From positions 3,544,305 to 3,608,304 of the forward strand of contig CBDCNM010000002.1 of the NCBI GenBank assembly GCA_965219385.1: DNA of 64,000 bases. The letters run 5' to 3'. The notes below the pieces were generated by a model. That model was not told where the DNA came from and searched no databases. It saw only the letters and a program-made list of their open reading frames with translations. This document shows, piece after piece, positions 10,368 through 20,401 of this stretch. Numbering within the stretch: position 1 is the stretch's first letter; each line of letters starts with the position of its first letter. The translations under genes were made by a program, and so were the position numbers. The DNA comes from Candidatus Latescibacterota bacterium (GTDB lineage: Bacteria > Latescibacterota > UBA2968 > UBA8231).

Positions 10368-10536
10368 ATGGGGATGGAAGACGCGGCGGGGCTTGATGAT
10401 TTTGCACAAGGTGCTGTTGAGCGATTCAATGGCATTGGTGGTGTAGATAACGCGGCGAATGTCTTTGGGAGAGGCGAAAAAGGGTAAGATAAAGGTAGTG
10501 ACCGATTGCCAGTTACACAGTTAAATTGACAGACCC
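10368..10536 (-). mobile_element. IS256-family remnant (terminal IR plus short transposase fragment)
   Basis: Minus strand ILPFFASPKDIRRVIYTTNAIESLNSTLCKIIK; IS256-type end ttacacagttaaattgacagaccc. Confidence 0.8.
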
Positions 10537-10827
10537 ACGAAAAGTGCCAAAACCGTTTGATGATACGTCTATTCCACCATCCGTCTGGAAATCGTCCGGG
10601 CTCTCTATGTATCCTTTGTGTAACAAATATGAGGATAAAACTACTCACTCCCTGCTGTTCAAGCCTCTGGCAGTCCTTGTTTATATTTCATCTATCTATC
10701 TGTTATAATTTCATTTAGACCGTTTTCTATAATCTTGGCATACATTTTGCGCGGCAGCCTGGCGAACCTCTCTCAGATACCCTGAGTGGAGCGTTTTCCC
10801 TTACACCTTACCCCATAGGAGGTTGTC

Positions 10828-11505
10828 ATGCACCTCGTTTTTGCTCTGCTGCTCTGCAGTCTTGGAACCGTCGCTCAGGCCCAAAACCCCGGTCCTATCG
10901 TCTTTAGCGAACTGATGTGGATGGGCAGTTCTGCATCGAGCTCGGATGAATGGATCGAGTTGTACAACCGGAGCGATGCACAAGTAGACTTGGTCAACTG
11001 GACTATTGTCCGGCTGACCAAGGATGGAGAGGAAGTAGTCATGCTGCAAATACAGGAGGGGGAAATCCCTGCGCACGCCACCTTCCTCATTTCCAACTAT
11101 TCATCCGACGACTCTCGTTCCCGCTTGGCTGTACAACCCCAATTGGTTGACCCTGCGGTTTCCCTGCCCAATACCAAACTGCAGCTGCGGCTCTACAATG
11201 GAGACCCAGAAAAGGGCGCCAAGCTGGTAGATACAGCCGACGACGGCAGTGGCGCCCCTTTGGCCGGCGACAACAAGCTGAAGCGCGCCATGGTGCGGAT
11301 TGCTGTTGATCAAGATGGTGGCCTTTCGACCAGTTGGTCCACAGCCCAGGAAGCCATTGGCTGGGATGAAGAAGCGGTCGAACGCGGAACCCCGGGCTCA
11401 GTGCCGGATCATCTTCAGACCCATCGCACAATGGAGCACTCTGCCACCACGCAGATCCGGCCCATGGCCTGGGCAATAATTAAAAGCAACATGGCAAACA
11501 GGTAA
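10828..11505 (+). CDS. Secreted lamin-tail-domain protein with C-terminal W[GA]xIK motif
   Basis: Signal peptide (AQA), IVFSELMWMG..DEWIELYN....VDL..W, GTPG; ends TQIRPMAWAIIKSNMANR. Confidence 0.85.
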   Translation: MHLVFALLLCSLGTVAQAQNPGPIVFSELMWMGSSASSSDEWIELYNRSDAQVDLVNWTIVRLTKDGEEVVMLQIQEGEIPAHATFLISNYSSDDSRSRLAVQPQLVDPAVSLPNTKLQLRLYNGDPEKGAKLVDTADDGSGAPLAGDNKLKRAMVRIAVDQDGGLSTSWSTAQEAIGWDEEAVERGTPGSVPDHLQTHRTMEHSATTQIRPMAWAIIKSNMANR

Positions 11506-11512
11506 GTCCAAA

Positions 11513-11549
11513 GAAACGCCCCGGAGGAATGCATCCTCCGGGGCGTTTC
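11513..11549. terminator. Likely bidirectional intrinsic terminator
   Basis: 16-bp stem gaaacgccccggagga / tcctccggggcgtttc between convergent genes. Confidence 0.85.
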
Positions 11550-11569
11550 ATAACGATGAAGAGCAAAGC

Positions 11570-12910
11570 TTATTTAGAAAACTGGCTCACATTGGCAATT
11601 CCACCAGGCTGGGTCAGGGCGTAAACAATCAAATTAACCCCGAATTGCAGGCCTCGTTCCCTCTCGCTGTCCGCACAAGTATCACCCCAGTACCAACTGA
11701 GATTCAGATCGCTGAATACAACCACGATCCGCCCGCGCAATTCCAGCATCTCCAGATCAAAAACATTGCCACCAGGAGCACCGCCCATAGGGGGGCCATC
11801 TGGAAAATTCCAGAAACTCTCATAAAGAGCATGATTTTTGGGGATTTTTTGCCACTTGGATCCATCACCGCCCAATACGAGAGGGTCTTTCATCAAGCCT
11901 TTGAACTGACGATCGAAAGGGGTGCCTTCAACCCCAGGACTCCTGGTGTTCAGCTTGTCGTCGCAGTTTTCACTCTGGCGGATATCATCGGCATAGAGAA
12001 ACCCACCTGTCTTCAGATAATCGCCCAGATTCAGCTTTTCCGTATTGCTGATTTGGAAAATCGCATCGTGGCCTGTCATGTAGAGAAAAGGGGCGTCCAG
12101 GATCTTGGGATCGCTAAATTCGAGGGTTGTCCCCTCGATTCGCGCCTTGATCTTGGTGTGATCCCGCATGTAGCGCATCAATTCCTCCGCAGCCGTGGGG
12201 AAACGATCCCTGTTTTTATCAGCTACATCGTAATCGACGATGGTCATATTGAAATAACCCCTAATATTCTTTTTATCTTCGGGATCCTGGATAACAACCG
12301 CCTGGTACCGACCAATGTCCAGATCATCGACATCCATCAGTGCCTGTCCCAGACTGATGGCTTCTTGTACAGGAGTCGCTGTTTCGGTCAGTTCTACCAT
12401 CTCCACCTGATCAAACGACAACTCTTCGGCCTTTGCACCGCTGAAGGCACCCAGTGTCTGGGTACCGGGCAACACCGCGCCCAGCAGGTCACTACCCACC
12501 GCGCTCACATCGGCAATGGCAGTGAGGTCCTGGGGCATATCAGGGGGCGCCAGGGAAGCCAGCATTTCCATCTGCACCTCGGAAATCTCCGGTCGCTTGG
12601 CCAGGTCGAAGTTTTTCTGTAGAATCGGCGGAGGAGCTTCAAAGCGGAGGAGGCGCTCTTTTTCTTCTTCAAATGCCGCCCCAAAGAAATAATAATAACC
12701 GAATACACTGCCATGCCCCACCAGAGAGACTATAAAAGCGGTGCTCATCCCAATCCGCTGACCTTGGGTGGCTTTGTACAGGGCGAAGAGCAGCAGGAGA
12801 ATGCCGGACAACCCAAAGGCTATGGCGACCCACTTGGAGAGGATAAAACCCAGGTGAATGAGGACAGCCAGTCCAAAGACGCCGTATAGTATTTTTTTAT
12901 GCTCGTCCAC
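11570..12910 (-). CDS. Membrane-anchored DUF4159-like protein with Pro/acidic linker
   Basis: Three N-terminal hydrophobic segments; PFLYMTGH, L..YLKTGGFLYADD, H.LYESFW, GVNLIVYALT. Confidence 0.75.
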   Translation of the reverse strand: MDEHKKILYGVFGLAVLIHLGFILSKWVAIAFGLSGILLLLFALYKATQGQRIGMSTAFIVSLVGHGSVFGYYYFFGAAFEEEKERLLRFEAPPPILQKNFDLAKRPEISEVQMEMLASLAPPDMPQDLTAIADVSAVGSDLLGAVLPGTQTLGAFSGAKAEELSFDQVEMVELTETATPVQEAISLGQALMDVDDLDIGRYQAVVIQDPEDKKNIRGYFNMTIVDYDVADKNRDRFPTAAEELMRYMRDHTKIKARIEGTTLEFSDPKILDAPFLYMTGHDAIFQISNTEKLNLGDYLKTGGFLYADDIRQSENCDDKLNTRSPGVEGTPFDRQFKGLMKDPLVLGGDGSKWQKIPKNHALYESFWNFPDGPPMGGAPGGNVFDLEMLELRGRIVVVFSDLNLSWYWGDTCADSERERGLQFGVNLIVYALTQPGGIANVSQFSK

Positions 12911-12951
12911 GACAATCCTTACCTCAGTTTAAGAGGAGAAAAAGGGATTGG

Positions 12952-13356
12952 CTATTCTCCCCTCTGCGGTTCCGTAGCTATTATCTGATCGACAACGCCG
13001 GCCTGGCGGGCAATATCCATGATCTTCACAATCTGCCCGTGAGTTGCGCGTTCATCCCCCTGAATAATGATCATCGTGGTGTTGTCCAGTATCTCCCTCT
13101 TGGCCTGGATTTCATCCTTCAGGGTGGTCCAGGTCACGGTCTTGTGGTTCAGCTTCATATTGCCATCCTGATCCACCACGATGAAGAGATTTTCCTTCTC
13201 CGGGGCCTGGGCTTCTTCGGCTTCAGGGAGTTTGATATCCAAGCCCGGCGTAATAGCAAACACAGCCGTCACCATGAAGAAAATCAGCAGCTGGAAGACT
13301 ACGTCAATCATGGGGGTCAGATCAAGTTTTTCATCTTTTTTTTCCACTGCAGCCAT
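12952..13356 (-). CDS. exbD: ExbD/TolR-family protein
   Basis: LTPMIDVVFQLLIFFMVT with conserved Asp; IQGDERATHG.IVKIMD. Confidence 0.93.
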   Translation of the reverse strand: MAAVEKKDEKLDLTPMIDVVFQLLIFFMVTAVFAITPGLDIKLPEAEEAQAPEKENLFIVVDQDGNMKLNHKTVTWTTLKDEIQAKREILDNTTMIIIQGDERATHGQIVKIMDIARQAGVVDQIIATEPQRGE

Positions 13357-13395
13357 TATCTATAGGACCTCCGATTCCGATAGTGAGAACGACAA

Positions 13396-14049
13396 TCAGG
13401 CTGTCTGGCCGCCCTGCCAGCGGCGCAGCAAAGCATCCACAAAGCCGTGCCCGTAGGCCTCGAACTGAATGGACTTGCCAGAAGCTCGAGTGCTGAAATA
13501 GCTGTAAATAGCCAGCGAAGGCACGGCTATTACCAGCCCAGTAACAGTGGTGATCAGGGCTTCGGAGATACCGGCGGCAACGATGGTCGGCTCACCAAGC
13601 CCTTTCTCGGCAATACCCTCAAAGGCGTTGATCATACCATTCACCGTGCCCAGCAGTCCTAGCAATACCACGGAAGATGACACAAAACTGATAACCGACA
13701 GATAGCGCTCAAGGTAGCCCATGGCAGCGCGTTCCACAGTCCCGTTCATCTCCTCGCGCATCTCCTCCATGGTGCGCTGCTCGCGCGAAAGGTGCTCGAA
13801 ACGCTCGATTCCCTCGCCATACACCTCGCCCTCAAGCCTGCCCAGTTCGGAGCAATACTCCCTCAGCTGATCGAAAGAAGTTCCCGAGTCAATACGAGAG
13901 CTTATATCGTTGGTCACCTCTGCCAGGTCGTTCTCGGAACGCATCCGCGCATAGGTGATTACCCGCTCGAGAAAGAAGGCCAGAGCCATGATCGACCAGA
14001 GAGCCAGAGGATACATGAAAGGTCCGCCATCGCGAAAAAAATCTAACAT
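13396..14049 (-). CDS. exbB: MotA/TolQ/ExbB proton-channel protein
   Basis: GGPFMYPL, LLGLLGTVNGMINAF, AAGISEALITTVTGLVIAVP. Confidence 0.92.
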   Translation of the reverse strand: MLDFFRDGGPFMYPLALWSIMALAFFLERVITYARMRSENDLAEVTNDISSRIDSGTSFDQLREYCSELGRLEGEVYGEGIERFEHLSREQRTMEEMREEMNGTVERAAMGYLERYLSVISFVSSSVVLLGLLGTVNGMINAFEGIAEKGLGEPTIVAAGISEALITTVTGLVIAVPSLAIYSYFSTRASGKSIQFEAYGHGFVDALLRRWQGGQTA

Positions 14050-14110
14050 CTCTCTATACTCCTTTTTGGGGGTTGACCGCTATGAGTTCTCTCAGCAATT
14101 CACCTGCAAG

Positions 14111-17100
14111 CTAGAGGACGCGTGCTTCCTCCAGGGTTTCCAGTTGCTGCTTGGCAAAATCTACCTGTATCTGATACTGGGAGTTGTCGCTGTACTTTTC
14201 GACCACTTCCGTGAAGAACGCCCCCGCCTTGCGATAATCTTCTTCCGCCATGTACGACGCCCCGATATTGAGCGCGGCATTCACGGCCTGATCGCTGTCC
14301 GGGTACTTCTCCTGCACTTCCTTAAAAATCTTCCTGGCCTCGTCGTAATCCTCGCTATCGAAGAGTTGCTCGCCTTGCGCGTAGAGGTTGTAGGCATCAA
14401 TCTCCGCCAGATGCCCTAATAATACCCTCGCTTTTCTACGCAGCGCCCTGTCCCGCTGGGTCTTCAGTTTGTCCTCGGGAAAGAGGGCCAGGAACTTCTG
14501 GTAGTTCGTCGTGGCCTGCTCGTACTCTTTGAGGCCGTAGTAGTAATCGCCCAGGGTAAACTGGCTGCGCGCACCATAACGCCCATCCGGATACCTGGTC
14601 ACGATCTCTTCGAAAATCGGAATGCCCTCCTCGGTCCGATCCAGGTTGATCAGACACCAGGCCTTGTTGTAAAGCGCATCATCGGCGTATTGCGACCTGG
14701 GATAGCGATCCAGAAGCCGCTGGTAGAGGGCCATGGCCTCCTGGTTATTCTGATCTTTTTCCTCAACCGTTTTTCCTCGTAGGTTAAAAATTGCATCTCC
14801 AGCCCGAAAAAGGGACTCACCGGCATACTTCGACTTCGGGTAGTTACTGGACAGTTTCACAAATACCCCACTGGCATCCCGCCATTTGCCAAGTCTATAC
14901 CTGGCCCAGGCATCGTAGTAATAGGCGTGGACAGCGCGTTCATCTTCGGGATACTTGGTGTAGTATTCCTTGAAGGTGGCGGACATGGATGGCAGTAGAT
15001 TGAGGTCTTCCGCGGAGAGTTTCTGGTAGCAAATCCCAATCTGGAACAAAGCATTTTTGGCCCAGCCGATCTGTGGATAGTTTTCCATGATGCTGCGGTA
15101 AACCTCGATAGCCTTGACGTAATCGTCGGACTTGTAGTAGCTGTTGCCCTGGATGAACATGGCATTGGAGATACTCTCTATATCCATTGCCAGGTCAATC
15201 AACTCCTGGGTGGTCTCGATGCTCTTCTGGAATTGGTTCAGCCTGAAATACGCACTCGCCAGGCGGATCAGGACCCGCTGTTTTTCTTCCTCGGTTTCTA
15301 TCCCGGCCAGCAACTCCTCGTAGATCTTGATAGCCTCTTCAGGATCCCGTTTTTCGGCCATGGAAATCAACTGCAAACGGGCCGAGCGGGCCAAGCTCTC
15401 ATCCCCCTTCTCGATAACATCGTTCAGCAGATTTTTAGCCCGAGCATCTTTGCCCTGGGCGGAGTACGAAAGGGCCATGGAAAACTCCACTTTCCGCTGC
15501 ATTGTCTCGGGCAAATCGGTATCGAGCAACCACTGGTAATCCGCCAAAGCTCTGTCGTAACGGCCTACGTAGTGATAGGCCAGGCCGCGGCCGTAGTGGA
15601 CATCTCTGATTACATCGCTTGCGGGATACTCCTCGATGACCCGGGTGTATCTACTCAAGGCATCAACGTAATTTTTGTTGTTCAGATCGAGCTGGGCCAT
15701 CTGGAAATGAGCCCGTGCTTCGAGTCCCGGATCACCGGTGACGCCCTCCAACAATTTCTCCAGAAGCTTTTTCCCCTCGGAGGAACGCCCTTCTTTGATA
15801 TGGATATTAGCCGCTTCGATCAAAGCCGCGATGTAGGTCTCCCGGGCATTCCGTCCGACCTTTGAAAAAGCTTCTACAGCCTCGTCCAGGCGTCCCTCAC
15901 CCCGATAAAGTCTGCCCAAGCCATAGTAAGCATCCGCTGCTTCGGGGGTTTGATTATAGGATTCAGCAATTTTTTCATAGGCTTTTAGAGCCTCAGGTAT
16001 GCGCTGCTGCTCCTGGTTCAACCAGGCGATCCGCAACAGACACCTGGGGGCCTGCTCAGAGCGTGGGAAAGCATCTACCACCCGGCTATAGTATTTGAGG
16101 GCCTCATCGGGCTCTGCCAACTTTTCGGACGACCAGGCAGCGGTATAGAGTGCCGCTGCCCGCAACTCGGTGTCGCTATCGGGGTAGTCCTCCAGAACCT
16201 TCAGGTATTCCTCGCGGGCAGTGGCAAAATCACCGCCGTAGTAGCGCGCTTCACCCTTGTAATACTGAGCGTTGGGAGGATAGGAGGTGTCGCTGTAGAG
16301 TTCGATGACCTGGTTGTAGGTGTTGTAGGCATTGTCGTAGCGCTCCCACTCCAGGTAGTTGTCACCCATGCGCATCTGAACCTTGGCTTTATAGTCGCGA
16401 GCTTCCGCGGTCTCCTGGGCGGCGATGAGTTCCTTGTAGGCTTTCTCGTACTGGTTTGTCTTGCGGTAGATTTCCGCCACGCGCAAGGATGAGGTTTCAA
16501 AAAGCTGAAGATAGCTCTCAAAATCCAGGTTTTTACCTTCTCGGAACGAACCGCGCAGCAACTCGAACATGCGGTCGTAGAGATCGCGCACCTCTCTGTA
16601 GGTGGCTATGGCCTCCTCGTCGCGTCCCAACTTGTCGTAGGCATTGGCTTTGAGGTACACGGCCTGCCCGATCACGGGACTGTTGGGGTAGTTGTCCAGG
16701 ACGAGTTGGGCTTCGCCGACCGCGCGCTGGTAATCTCCTTTCTCATAGTACGAACTGGCTATGCGAAACTGGGAGTCCGGAGCGTATTTGTCTTCGGGAT
16801 AACCTTCCAGCATCGCCTGGAGCGTCGCAATCGTTTGATCGTACTGCTTGAGGTTGAATTCGCTCCATCCACTGTAGAAAAAGGCCTTTCCAGCCAAATA
16901 GGAACCGGGGTACAGCTCGACGTATTTCTTGTATTCCTTGACCGCTTCGCCGTACTCTTTCTGAAAAAAGCGGGTCTCGGCCACTTCGAACTGCACCTTC
17001 GAGCGGAAATCCTCCGGGACGCCTTCCACATCCATGACCTGGCGATAGGCCTCCACTGCTTCCTCGTGCCGATCGCTTTCCTTATAACATTCACCTAGCT

Positions 17101-17365
17101 TATACCACGCAGCGGCCACTATGGGTAGTTCAATTTCCGCTATCTCAAAATACCACCGCACACTGTCCGTGCGCACCGCCCAACTCCTGCCCCTGTCTTT
17201 AAACGAGACGACCTTTTTGAATTCCAGAATCGCGCCCTCGTATTCCTCTGCCGCATAGAGCTTTTTACCAGCTTCGAAATTGGTCCTGAGGTTCTGGGGC
17301 ACGGGCAGAAAAAGACTGCTTCCCAAACCCAGTCCCAGCGCAATTAGCCCAATCCAGACCGCCAT
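14111..17365 (-). CDS. 1084-aa TPR-repeat protein (BamD/CpoB-type repeats) with N-terminal anchor
   Basis: Many repeats of the form A.Y..G..YY..G.Y..A...Y..V...YP.S. Confidence 0.92.
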   Translation of the reverse strand: MAVWIGLIALGLGLGSSLFLPVPQNLRTNFEAGKKLYAAEEYEGAILEFKKVVSFKDRGRSWAVRTDSVRWYFEIAEIELPIVAAAWYKLGECYKESDRHEEAVEAYRQVMDVEGVPEDFRSKVQFEVAETRFFQKEYGEAVKEYKKYVELYPGSYLAGKAFFYSGWSEFNLKQYDQTIATLQAMLEGYPEDKYAPDSQFRIASSYYEKGDYQRAVGEAQLVLDNYPNSPVIGQAVYLKANAYDKLGRDEEAIATYREVRDLYDRMFELLRGSFREGKNLDFESYLQLFETSSLRVAEIYRKTNQYEKAYKELIAAQETAEARDYKAKVQMRMGDNYLEWERYDNAYNTYNQVIELYSDTSYPPNAQYYKGEARYYGGDFATAREEYLKVLEDYPDSDTELRAAALYTAAWSSEKLAEPDEALKYYSRVVDAFPRSEQAPRCLLRIAWLNQEQQRIPEALKAYEKIAESYNQTPEAADAYYGLGRLYRGEGRLDEAVEAFSKVGRNARETYIAALIEAANIHIKEGRSSEGKKLLEKLLEGVTGDPGLEARAHFQMAQLDLNNKNYVDALSRYTRVIEEYPASDVIRDVHYGRGLAYHYVGRYDRALADYQWLLDTDLPETMQRKVEFSMALSYSAQGKDARAKNLLNDVIEKGDESLARSARLQLISMAEKRDPEEAIKIYEELLAGIETEEEKQRVLIRLASAYFRLNQFQKSIETTQELIDLAMDIESISNAMFIQGNSYYKSDDYVKAIEVYRSIMENYPQIGWAKNALFQIGICYQKLSAEDLNLLPSMSATFKEYYTKYPEDERAVHAYYYDAWARYRLGKWRDASGVFVKLSSNYPKSKYAGESLFRAGDAIFNLRGKTVEEKDQNNQEAMALYQRLLDRYPRSQYADDALYNKAWCLINLDRTEEGIPIFEEIVTRYPDGRYGARSQFTLGDYYYGLKEYEQATTNYQKFLALFPEDKLKTQRDRALRRKARVLLGHLAEIDAYNLYAQGEQLFDSEDYDEARKIFKEVQEKYPDSDQAVNAALNIGASYMAEEDYRKAGAFFTEVVEKYSDNSQYQIQVDFAKQQLETLEEARVL

Positions 17366-17458
17366 TTACACATCTCCTTGTCTCTTAGCTCTGTTGGTTC
17401 CGAAAAACCCTATCTCGGTTCGCGCCACTCGACTTCTGACCACACTACCCAGGCTTCC

Positions 17459-18532
17459 TTAAAACTCGTATCCAAAGGAGAAGCGATGGGCCCCGTTGGT
17501 CTCGACCAGATCCAGAGGCAGGTGATAGCTGTAGTCGAACAGCAGGTTGGTGTTCCACCGATAGCCCAACCCCGCATTCAAAGCCCCCTGAGCCTCCTCC
17601 TCGAAAGGCCGACTGCCCCCCACCCGCAACATCAACCCTTCCCGCAACCGCGTCTCTCCCCCGAGCACCAGCTTGCTCATGCGGCTCGACCGCTCCTCCA
17701 GGACATACTTGTCCACCCCCAACGCCTCGTCAAACTCCGTGCCCGCCTCCACCAACGCCGACGCGGCCATCACATCCCGCACCACCCACTGCACCGACAG
17801 CAGCGACGAGGGATTGACCTGATAGGACACCCCTACGTGCAAATCCGCCGGCAACTTGCCCGCGTCCACATCCTCCTCGGCCACCAGCGCATCCCCCGGG
17901 TCGAGCACCCCATTGTCATTGGTATCCCGGCGCACCCCGCGCATCCCCTTGCCCTTGGATATCCCCGGCTCATTCACATTCTTGAGCAACACCCCCAACT
18001 GGGCCCCGGCCACCGGGGTGTGCCACAACACCCCCACGTCCACCCCCACGCCCCCGGCCCCCTGCCCCGAGAGCGGATCGGCCGGGTCAAAATCGCCCAC
18101 GCTCCAGAATAGATACTTGGCGTTGAGCCCCAGGCTCAACTTTTGGCTCAGGTTCACCCCCACCGACAAAAACGCCCCGTTCTCGCTCATCAGGTCCGAG
18201 CCGATCCGCTCGAAGCCCAGTCCCAACCCCAGTTTGGCCCCCAACGGCTGCACATAGGAGACGACGTGTTGCCCCAGGTTGTTGCCGTCGTCCATGCCGC
18301 TAAAAAACAGCGACACATTGGTATAGGCCAGCTGTTTGCGCGGGAGCCGCCCCACCCCGGCCGGATTTTCGAACACGGCATCCGGGTTGTCGGCCACGGC
18401 CACAAAGCTGTTGCCCAGGGCCTGGGAGCGGGCCCCGGCCCCCACATTCTGGATGTTTACTACTGCCTCGGCTGAAAGTGCAAAGCAGAGCATCGTTCCC
18501 AAAATGATCGCCAAATATTGCTTAGTCTTCAT
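17459..18532 (-). CDS. PorV/PorQ/FadL-like outer-membrane beta-barrel
   Basis: Signal peptide; GAGARSQALGNSFVAVADNPDAVFENPAG N-terminal motif; terminal HRFSFGYEF beta-signal. Confidence 0.8.
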   Translation of the reverse strand: MKTKQYLAIILGTMLCFALSAEAVVNIQNVGAGARSQALGNSFVAVADNPDAVFENPAGVGRLPRKQLAYTNVSLFFSGMDDGNNLGQHVVSYVQPLGAKLGLGLGFERIGSDLMSENGAFLSVGVNLSQKLSLGLNAKYLFWSVGDFDPADPLSGQGAGGVGVDVGVLWHTPVAGAQLGVLLKNVNEPGISKGKGMRGVRRDTNDNGVLDPGDALVAEEDVDAGKLPADLHVGVSYQVNPSSLLSVQWVVRDVMAASALVEAGTEFDEALGVDKYVLEERSSRMSKLVLGGETRLREGLMLRVGGSRPFEEEAQGALNAGLGYRWNTNLLFDYSYHLPLDLVETNGAHRFSFGYEF

Positions 18533-18591
18533 CAGGTATCTCCTCCTTCATTTAGTTGGGAGCACAGCCGATCCTGAGGGATCCTCTTCTT

Positions 18592-19329
18592 TCAGTTAGT
18601 GAGCTCTCTTCTACCATCTGTATACTCTTTGCCAATATCCCTGACAAAACTGTAGTTTAGATCCAGGGTCTCAATAGGTTCGTTGCGAAAATCAAACCGC
18701 GTAACAATATCGTGCACTTCCACCTTTATTTGTTTAACGTCGGGATGGAGCACTTCGAAAATGACAAAACCATCTGATTCCTGGCCGCTAAATATCTCTT
18801 CGTTCTCGAACATGGTACGGCGCAACAGATCTCGCCGCTCCTGGTAACGATCATATTCATTCCCTCTGTAACCAATTGCATAGGCGCGGTAGTAGGTATC
18901 TAGCTGATCGAATCCAAGACTCCAGTACTCGCGCTCATTTGAAGCCTTCAGCACGATTTTGGAGGGATCTATCCGGACCTTTGGGTAGGCATAGTTTTTG
19001 ACGCTGAGTCGGAAAACCGTAAAGCGGCGTTTTTGCTGAGTGTCTCCCCAAAATTTAGTATCGCCAAAGGTAAATGGATTGGTAGATTTAGGGCCTTTAT
19101 TAGAGTGGCTGGGGAACTGGCGGTTCAGTTCATCATCGGTCATAGGTTTCAACCTTACTTCGAAACGATCCTGGCTGAATGTCACAGTACCATCGTCGGC
19201 GATGCTCATGGAAGTTCCCTGCGACCCATCTGGCTTCAGATCGCCTGCATAGTAATAGTATCCACAACCATGTAAAGAAGATATGGCCAGGAGTATTAAA
19301 AATGGTGCGTATTGAAATTTAAAAGCCAT
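18592..19329 (-). CDS. Lipoprotein of unknown function, paralog of 9612-10367
   Basis: Lipobox LHGC; NPFTFG, RFTVF, DPSKIVL, LHPDV. Confidence 0.82.
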   Translation of the reverse strand: MAFKFQYAPFLILLAISSLHGCGYYYYAGDLKPDGSQGTSMSIADDGTVTFSQDRFEVRLKPMTDDELNRQFPSHSNKGPKSTNPFTFGDTKFWGDTQQKRRFTVFRLSVKNYAYPKVRIDPSKIVLKASNEREYWSLGFDQLDTYYRAYAIGYRGNEYDRYQERRDLLRRTMFENEEIFSGQESDGFVIFEVLHPDVKQIKVEVHDIVTRFDFRNEPIETLDLNYSFVRDIGKEYTDGRRELTN

Positions 19330-19394
19330 TAGCTAATCCCCCTTCTACAATTGCAAGACACTTACAATACAATCAATCTTCAAGAACAATATAA

Positions 19395-20321
19395 TCAATC
19401 TTCGAGAAAAGCCTTGATTCGCCCCCAACTTTTCAATTCTACAAACGCGGGGCGGAAAATCTCCTCCAGGGGCATCAATTGCAAATCGGCAAACCGCTCG
19501 GAAAACTTAAAGCTGTTATGGCCTCCTGAGAGCGACCATTTTGCATCAAAGAACTCGGAGAAACCATCAAAGTCGCTAAACTCCACGTTGAAGCCCAGTA
19601 TTTCACCTTCCTGGAGGGTATGTTTAGTACTCAGAATGGCTGCGTCCATATTCACTTGATCAAAAGGCTCGAGCATCAATTCGTAGGTCGTTACACTGCC
19701 AGTCTCCGTCAATCCATGGGAATAGGCCGCTTTCGTAAAAGGGCCATCGGGTAAAGCATACCAGGCCGCAGCGGAAAAATTGACGAAGAAATCACCGTCC
19801 GGAGGAGGACCGGCTATGACAAAATGACTGGCCGCTGATCCATTTAAGGCCAGTTGCTCCTCAGAGGGCAAATCAACGAAATTCGCATATTGGCCACCTG
19901 AGTGATCTGCGTCGAGATAAACTTCCATATCATCGTCCTGAAAAATCCGGCCAGCTGCTGTTCCGGCAGGACGATCAACCTGGTGCATATCGTCATTCAC
20001 CTGGGCAGCAAAAAAGAGTTTATTCTCCGTCTTGGTCCAGCCCACCATCAAACGAACAGAGAAATCAACTGGGTCGAGCTCGTCGTCTTCCGGGCGGACT
20101 AGATCAAAAAAGTCTTCCGTTGTAATAATATAAGATTGTTCCACCACCTTCCAGTCCCCCAGGTCGCCATCAATGACGGGTACCAGCCGATCCGGGAACT
20201 GAAAAGCCTTGTAGAATGTTTCAGAGGGTAAATGGGCCCGCACAGAAGCGCAAAAGACCCAGAAACTGGCCAAAATTACAATCGGGAAATACCTATAATT
20301 CTTGGGCTGTATGATAACCAA
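19395..20321 (-). CDS. Secreted CBM9/DOMON-like protein with C-terminal SWGRIK motif
   Basis: Signal peptide (VRA), PVIDGDLGDW, LFFAAQVNDD, DDMEVYLDAD, GFNVEFSDFD; ends AFVELKSWGRIKAFLED. Confidence 0.75.
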   Translation of the reverse strand: MVIIQPKNYRYFPIVILASFWVFCASVRAHLPSETFYKAFQFPDRLVPVIDGDLGDWKVVEQSYIITTEDFFDLVRPEDDELDPVDFSVRLMVGWTKTENKLFFAAQVNDDMHQVDRPAGTAAGRIFQDDDMEVYLDADHSGGQYANFVDLPSEEQLALNGSAASHFVIAGPPPDGDFFVNFSAAAWYALPDGPFTKAAYSHGLTETGSVTTYELMLEPFDQVNMDAAILSTKHTLQEGEILGFNVEFSDFDGFSEFFDAKWSLSGGHNSFKFSERFADLQLMPLEEIFRPAFVELKSWGRIKAFLED

Positions 20322-20401
20322 TGGTTGAAGCTATGTCAAGCTGATAGTATTCTCTGGCGCTCTGTATTTATGCATTTAGTACAATACTGGGGACACTTTT
20401 T

